DNA of 64,000 nt from Candidatus Nomurabacteria bacterium (GTDB lineage Bacteria > Patescibacteriota > Minisyncoccia > Phycocordibacterales > UBA9973): assembly GCA_023898605.1 (NCBI GenBank), contig CP060230.1:3944-67943 (forward strand), given 5' to 3'. Below the pieces are notes generated by a model. It was not told where the DNA came from. It searched no databases and saw only the letters and a program-made list of their open reading frames with translations. A program made the translations under genes and the position numbers. This document shows, piece after piece, positions 59,212 through 64,000 of the stretch. How positions within the stretch are numbered: the stretch's first letter is position 1; every line of letters starts with the position of its first letter.

Positions 59212-59242
59212 AAAGCCCTAGATTTTCTCTAGGGCTTTTTGA
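59212..59242 (+). terminator. rho-independent terminator
   Basis: An aaaagccctaga-ttttct-ctagggcttttt hairpin is followed by a T-run. Confidence 0.65.
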
Positions 59243-59264
59243 TTTTGTATAGTAAAATCTGTTT

Positions 59265-60014
59265 GTGAATCAAAAAGAAAAAATAATTATATATGGCCGA
59301 AACGCTGTAGAAGAAACCCTAGATATAAAACCAGCATCTATAAGGGAGATTTTTTTGTATGACGGTGCAGAGGAGTCATTCCAGAAAAGGATCAGAGCTA
59401 TAGCCTCGAAACATAGTATCAGGGTTAGTGGTGCGTCAAAAAGCTTCATGACAAAAAAGTTGGGAGATGTTGTACACCAGGGTGTGATGGCGGTTCTAGA
59501 TATGGAAATCGTTAACTTCGGAGATTGGTACGAGAAAGCAAGAGAAAGCGAAAGAAAAGACCCAATAGTTATAATCGACAGCCTAGAAGATGTTGGAAAT
59601 GTCGGAGCGATAGTTAGAAGCGCAGCAGCGTTTGGAATAAAAAATATTTTTCTAGAAAAGAAAAAAGATATTTCAGGATTTATTTCTAGGATTTTCAAAT
59701 CTTCTGCTGGTCAGGTAAATAGACAAAACATAGTTTTCATAGGTAACACTAACGAAACACTTCGCAAACTAAAAGACATAGGATACTGGAGTGTTGCATT
59801 AGATATGGATGGCGAAACAAAACTTTCAGAAATGACTTTTGATATGCCTACTGTTTTTGTTGTTGGGAAAGAAGGTGAAGGAGTCCCTCCGAAAACCATG
59901 GAGATTTGTGACTTTAGAGTAAAGATACCTATGAAAGGTGGCGTAGAGTCACTAAACGCTTCTGTTTCTATTGGAATCGCTTTTTATGAATGGTCACTAG
60001 ATAACTTGAAATAG
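59265..60014 (+). CDS. rlmB: SpoU/TrmH-family 23S rRNA 2'-O-ribose methyltransferase (RlmB-like)
   Basis: An N-terminal substrate-binding domain (IIYGRNAVEE) is followed by the SPOUT catalytic motifs (LEDVGNVGAIVRSAAAFG; VVGKEGEGV; ESLNASVS). Confidence 0.7.
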   Translation: MNQKEKIIIYGRNAVEETLDIKPASIREIFLYDGAEESFQKRIRAIASKHSIRVSGASKSFMTKKLGDVVHQGVMAVLDMEIVNFGDWYEKARESERKDPIVIIDSLEDVGNVGAIVRSAAAFGIKNIFLEKKKDISGFISRIFKSSAGQVNRQNIVFIGNTNETLRKLKDIGYWSVALDMDGETKLSEMTFDMPTVFVVGKEGEGVPPKTMEICDFRVKIPMKGGVESLNASVSIGIAFYEWSLDNLK

Positions 60015-60016
60015 TT

Positions 60017-61303
60017 ATGGATAAACTTATCGATCAAAAAAGCTATCAGAAAAAACTACTACTCAACTTGAAGGTTGGTTCTTTTTTGGCGAGAAGGGAG
60101 GTTAGGAGATCAAATCCATGGACGACTATTTTGATTATATTTGTGATGACACTAACGTTCTTGAACCTAGTTGTTGTTTCTGGAATCTTGGTTGGACTTA
60201 TCGAAGGATCAGAAGAAGCAAACAGAGAAAGATACACTAGTGATGTGATACTTTCTCCTCTTCCAGAAAGAGAATACATACGAGACTCAACTCGTATAGA
60301 AAAGGAAATCAAGAAAGCTCCAGGTTACGCCATGAGTACTTCTAGATATGTTTTGTCAGGAACAGTTGTTTCCAATTACAAAGACACTTTGAGAAAAGAC
60401 GAGAAGAATAACATAAGCGGTGGATCTATAGTCGGTATCAACCCCGAACTCGAAGACCAGATAACACACATATCAGAAACAGTGATAGAGGGGGAATATC
60501 TGACATCTTCTGATTCTGACAAGATCATGATTGGAAAAGATCTTTTGTACCAATACACTCCGATTGATTCCCCAGGATTTTCGGTTTTGAAAGATGTCGG
60601 TGTTGGTTCTAGAGTTTTGGTTAGAGTTGGAGACAGTGAAAGAGAAATGTTCGTCAAAGGTATATTGAAGAGTAAAGCTGGAGAAGTCGACGCTAGGATT
60701 TTCATGACAGCAAGTGAGGCTAGAAAACTCGGAGGACGAAGCGACCTAAACGTAGACGAGATAGCGGTAGAACTCGCACCAGGATATAGCGTAGAGGCGT
60801 TTAGAGATTATCTTTTAGAAAAAGGTTTTGGTGACAATGCTAGGATTCAGACATGGGAAGACGCTCAGCCGAAATTCTTGAAAGATATCAAAACAACATT
60901 TGCTCTTCTCGGTAACATGATTTCTTCTATCGGACTTGTTGTTGCGAGTATCACAATATTTATCGTTATATTCGTAAACGCTATTACTCGTAGAAGATAT
61001 ATAGGTATCTTGAAAGGTGTTGGGGTAACAAAGGGTGCGATAGAGATATCGTATGTTTTACAAGCACTTTTCTACGCTATTTCTGGAGTTCTCATAGGAA
61101 CACTACTTGTATTTTTGGTTTTGAAGCCTGCTATATATGCGAACCCTATAGATTTTCCATTTTCAGACGGTATATTGGTTGCAACTGCACTCGGTACTTT
61201 TTTCCGAGCGGTGATTTTGTTCTTGGCGACACTTGTTGCGGGATACATACCAGCTTATATAGTTATCAAGCAAAACACACTAGACGCGATATTGGGAAGA
61301 TAA
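60017..61303 (+). CDS. ABC transporter permease, FtsX/MacB-like
   Basis: An N-terminal TM, a large periplasmic domain, and a C-terminal FtsX-type 3-TM bundle with the GVTKG..LF motif. Confidence 0.7.
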   Translation: MDKLIDQKSYQKKLLLNLKVGSFLARREVRRSNPWTTILIIFVMTLTFLNLVVVSGILVGLIEGSEEANRERYTSDVILSPLPEREYIRDSTRIEKEIKKAPGYAMSTSRYVLSGTVVSNYKDTLRKDEKNNISGGSIVGINPELEDQITHISETVIEGEYLTSSDSDKIMIGKDLLYQYTPIDSPGFSVLKDVGVGSRVLVRVGDSEREMFVKGILKSKAGEVDARIFMTASEARKLGGRSDLNVDEIAVELAPGYSVEAFRDYLLEKGFGDNARIQTWEDAQPKFLKDIKTTFALLGNMISSIGLVVASITIFIVIFVNAITRRRYIGILKGVGVTKGAIEISYVLQALFYAISGVLIGTLLVFLVLKPAIYANPIDFPFSDGILVATALGTFFRAVILFLATLVAGYIPAYIVIKQNTLDAILGR

Positions 61304-61347
61304 TTTACTAAAATATACTAAAATCTAATTAACTAAATTTATAAAAC

Positions 61348-62022
61348 ATGATCAAAGCAGACAACATAACAAGAGTTTTCAAAAACGGACAAAACGAACT
61401 CTGGGCACTCAAGGGTATATCTTTCGAAGTAAAAGAAGGTGAGTATCTTGTTATAACAGGAAGAAGTGGATCTGGTAAGTCTACACTGCTGTATCAGCTC
61501 GGTCTTTTAGATTATCCGACAGATGGTGATGTGTATATCGCTGGTGTTCCAACTGGAAACCTAGATAGTGAAACCAGAACAAGAGTTAGACTAGAATCGC
61601 TAGGATATGTTTTTCAAGATTATGCGATACTTCCATCTCTTACTGCACTTGAAAACGTGATGGTCCCACTACTCATGCAAGGCAAAAGCGAAGAGTTTGC
61701 AAAACAAAAGGCCGAGATAGCTCTCGGTAAGGTTGGTCTTGGTGACAGGATGGATCACACACCAGCCAAACTTTCTGGAGGACAACAACAAAGAGTCGCT
61801 ATCGCAAGAGCGCTCGCACACGAACCAAAAATCATTTTTGCCGACGAACCAACAGCAAACCTAGACTCAGAAACAGCAGAGTCGGTACTAGATGTTTTTG
61901 GAGATTTGCACAAAAGCGGACAAACTATAATCATGGTTACTCACGAAGAAGAGTATGCAAAAAGAGCTGACAGAGTCATAACTTTGTCAGACGGAGAAAT
62001 CGTTGAAGATAAAAAGGTTTAA
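61348..62022 (+). CDS. ABC transporter ATP-binding protein (MacB/LolD-type)
   Basis: It has the Walker A GRSGSGKST, the Q-loop, the signature LSGGQQQRVAIARAL, the Walker B IIFADEPT and the H-loop. Confidence 0.85.
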   Translation: MIKADNITRVFKNGQNELWALKGISFEVKEGEYLVITGRSGSGKSTLLYQLGLLDYPTDGDVYIAGVPTGNLDSETRTRVRLESLGYVFQDYAILPSLTALENVMVPLLMQGKSEEFAKQKAEIALGKVGLGDRMDHTPAKLSGGQQQRVAIARALAHEPKIIFADEPTANLDSETAESVLDVFGDLHKSGQTIIMVTHEEEYAKRADRVITLSDGEIVEDKKV

Positions 62023-62023
62023 A

Positions 62024-62575
62024 ATGAAAACTTTAATTGTAGATAATCATACGAAAAACATAGATGAATTGAAAAATCTCTTTAAAAATTCTAATGTAAT
62101 AAAAAAAGAGTATTTCAAAAAAGATTTAGATGTCTCTGAGTACGATCTAGTTGTATTTTCTGGGGGTTCAGATGTTCCAACTGTTTTAAGACATAAAGAT
62201 TTTTATAAAGACGAAATAGATTTTGTAAAAGATATAAAAAAACCAGTTTTGGGAATATGTCTTGGTTTTGAAATAATTGCAGCAGCTTTTGGAGGAAGGC
62301 TGTTCGAACTAGACGAGGAGAAAAGAGGGGTTGTAGATATAAAAATAAAAAATGAAGAAATTTTTGAGGGGAAAGAATTAAATATAAAGGTCTACGAAGC
62401 ACACACTATCGGTATTAAAAAAGCACCAGACTATTTTGTAGAGCTTGCTAGATCAGAGCATGGTATTGAAATTATGCTTAATAAGAAAAATAAAATATTG
62501 GCAATTCAATTTCATCCAGAAATCAAAAATAACTCAGAATTGCTGGGACTACTTTTGGAAAAAATATTAAGTTAG
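62024..62575 (+). CDS. class I glutamine amidotransferase-like protein
   Basis: The GATase1 nucleophile elbow is GICLGFE, and the catalytic His is in FHPE. Confidence 0.55.
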   Translation: MKTLIVDNHTKNIDELKNLFKNSNVIKKEYFKKDLDVSEYDLVVFSGGSDVPTVLRHKDFYKDEIDFVKDIKKPVLGICLGFEIIAAAFGGRLFELDEEKRGVVDIKIKNEEIFEGKELNIKVYEAHTIGIKKAPDYFVELARSEHGIEIMLNKKNKILAIQFHPEIKNNSELLGLLLEKILS

Positions 62576-62618
62576 ATTTTACTTTATCTTATAATCCTTT
62601 TAAACTATAATATAAACT

Positions 62619-64000
62619 ATGTACGACCCAGAAAGAGTAACATACTTTGCTGAGACTGATTATCGTAATCAGAGAACCAAGTTTGGAATCAAGGCAATAG
62701 ACAGAACCAAGCACATATATGTGATCGGTAAAACCGGTATGGGTAAGTCTACCTTGCTCGAAAACATGGCTATACAAGACATCCAAAACGGTGAGGGTTT
62801 TGCATATATCGATCCACACGGAGCTACAGCGGAAAAACTACTTTCGTTTATACCAGAACACAGAATAAAAGATGTTATATACTTCGCACCTTTCGATACA
62901 GAGTTTCCGATATCGTTCAATATCATGGAAGACGTTGGTCCGGACAAGAGACACCTAGTTGCTTCTGGGCTTATGAGTGCATTCAAGAAAATCTGGGCAG
63001 ATGCTTGGAGCGCTAGAATGGAGCACATCTTGAACAATACTATTCTTGCTCTACTAGAATATCCTGACGCAACTCTATTGTCTGTAAACAAAATGCTAAC
63101 AGACAAAGAATACAGGAAAAAAGTTGTAGACAATGTGCAAGATTTTTCTGTAAAAAGTTTCTGGGTTGATGAGTTTGCAAAATATACTGACAGATTTGCA
63201 GCAGAGGCAACACCTGCTATACAAAACAAAGTTGGACAGTTTACATCGAATCCACTTATAAGAAACATAATCGGTCAGCCCAAGTCTAGTTTCGACATAA
63301 GAGATATCATGGACAACAAAAAGATTCTGATCATGAACCTTTCCAAGGGTCTTGTTGGTGAACAGAATGCAAAGCTTCTAGGAAGTATGCTTGTTACCAA
63401 GATCTATCTTGGCGCTATGTCTAGAGCCGATCTTTCTGAGCAAGATATCAAAACAAAACCAAACTTTTATTTTTATGTGGACGAGTTCCAGACATTCGTC
63501 AACGAAACATTTGCCGAGATTCTTTCTGAGGCGAGAAAATACAAACTCAACCTTACTATCGCTCACCAGTACATAGAGCAGATGATTGACCAAGTTAGGT
63601 CCGCTGTTTTTGGAAACGTTGGTACAACTATCGCTTTTCGTGTAGGACCATTTGATGCAGAAGTTCTAGAAAATATATTTATGCCTCGATTTACCAAGAC
63701 CGATCTTGTGAATCTAGGTTTTGCTCAAATATATCTGACTATGTCTATCGACGGAGTAGGTTGTCCGCCGTTTTCTGCAAAGACCTTGCCACCTATATCT
63801 ACCGAACACGAATCGTTTAGATCCCAGATACTAGAAAGCTCTAGAACTCAGTTTGCAAAACCTCGAAAAGAAGTAGAAGAAAATATAATAAAAACTTTGG
63901 GGGAAAACGAAAAGAAAGAAATGCCGTCTGGTGGTGGAGAAAGAGATTTCAATAAAAAAGATTTTTCTCGAGATAGAAAACCTATAAAGAAAATCTCTGG
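62619..64000 (+). CDS. HerA/FtsK/TraD-like P-loop ATPase (DUF87/AAA_10-type; possible type IV secretion/DNA-translocation coupling protein); 3' end outside the window
   Basis: The Walker A is IGKTGMGKST near the N-terminus and the Walker B is FYFYVDEFQTF. The ORF is open to the window end. It is missing from the ORF track because no stop lies inside the window. Confidence 0.45.
   Translation, partial: MYDPERVTYFAETDYRNQRTKFGIKAIDRTKHIYVIGKTGMGKSTLLENMAIQDIQNGEGFAYIDPHGATAEKLLSFIPEHRIKDVIYFAPFDTEFPISFNIMEDVGPDKRHLVASGLMSAFKKIWADAWSARMEHILNNTILALLEYPDATLLSVNKMLTDKEYRKKVVDNVQDFSVKSFWVDEFAKYTDRFAAEATPAIQNKVGQFTSNPLIRNIIGQPKSSFDIRDIMDNKKILIMNLSKGLVGEQNAKLLGSMLVTKIYLGAMSRADLSEQDIKTKPNFYFYVDEFQTFVNETFAEILSEARKYKLNLTIAHQYIEQMIDQVRSAVFGNVGTTIAFRVGPFDAEVLENIFMPRFTKTDLVNLGFAQIYLTMSIDGVGCPPFSAKTLPPISTEHESFRSQILESSRTQFAKPRKEVEENIIKTLGENEKKEMPSGGGERDFNKKDFSRDRKPIKKIS

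Overview
This is an AT-rich, gene-dense bacterial segment, roughly 33-36% GC, with signatures of a reduced Patescibacteria/CPR-like genome: ThrRS lacking the N-terminal TGS domain, short ProRS, a 753-aa SMC, a SWIB domain protein and a poly-Asp tailed envelope protein. Most of the window is core information-processing and envelope genes: thrS (partial), dnaE, rnhB, a NusB-NUDIX fusion, rnc, an SMC-like ATPase, rnr, rpsP with a KH protein, trmD, truB, rpoB-rpoC-dnaG-rpoD, tsf-rpsB, proS, mreBC, tgt, a uvrB/ogt/uvrA/uvrC repair neighbourhood interrupted by membrane-protein and P-type ATPase genes, ddl, an rRNA methyltransferase and an ABC transporter. Two tRNAs, Thr-UGU and Ala-UGC, lie on the minus strand. 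Accessory content is concentrated in two places. The first is an IS30-family insertion with a higher-GC cargo ORF next to tRNA-Thr, at about 34.5-36.2 kb. The second is a compact module at about 55.7-59.2 kb next to tRNA-Ala, and it is the strongest candidate for a poorly described defence/mobile module. It holds a stand-alone OLD-family ATPase-Toprim nuclease and a Cys-rich zinc-ribbon gene. A roughly 470-bp GC-rich intergenic region lies between them and carries a terminated candidate small RNA and palindromic elements. The 5' end of tRNA-Ala is duplicated and split by a 61-bp palindromic insert, and small basic and acidic peptide genes follow. Other notable features are a NusB-NUDIX fusion with an adjacent divergent NUDIX paralogue and an L,D-transpeptidase/D,D-carboxypeptidase fusion. 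There is also a duplicated uvrB 5' fragment, a lysine-rich tandem repeat in rpoD, and an orphan promoter-to-terminator unit upstream of rpoB. Coordinates derived by hand may be off by about 1 nt.
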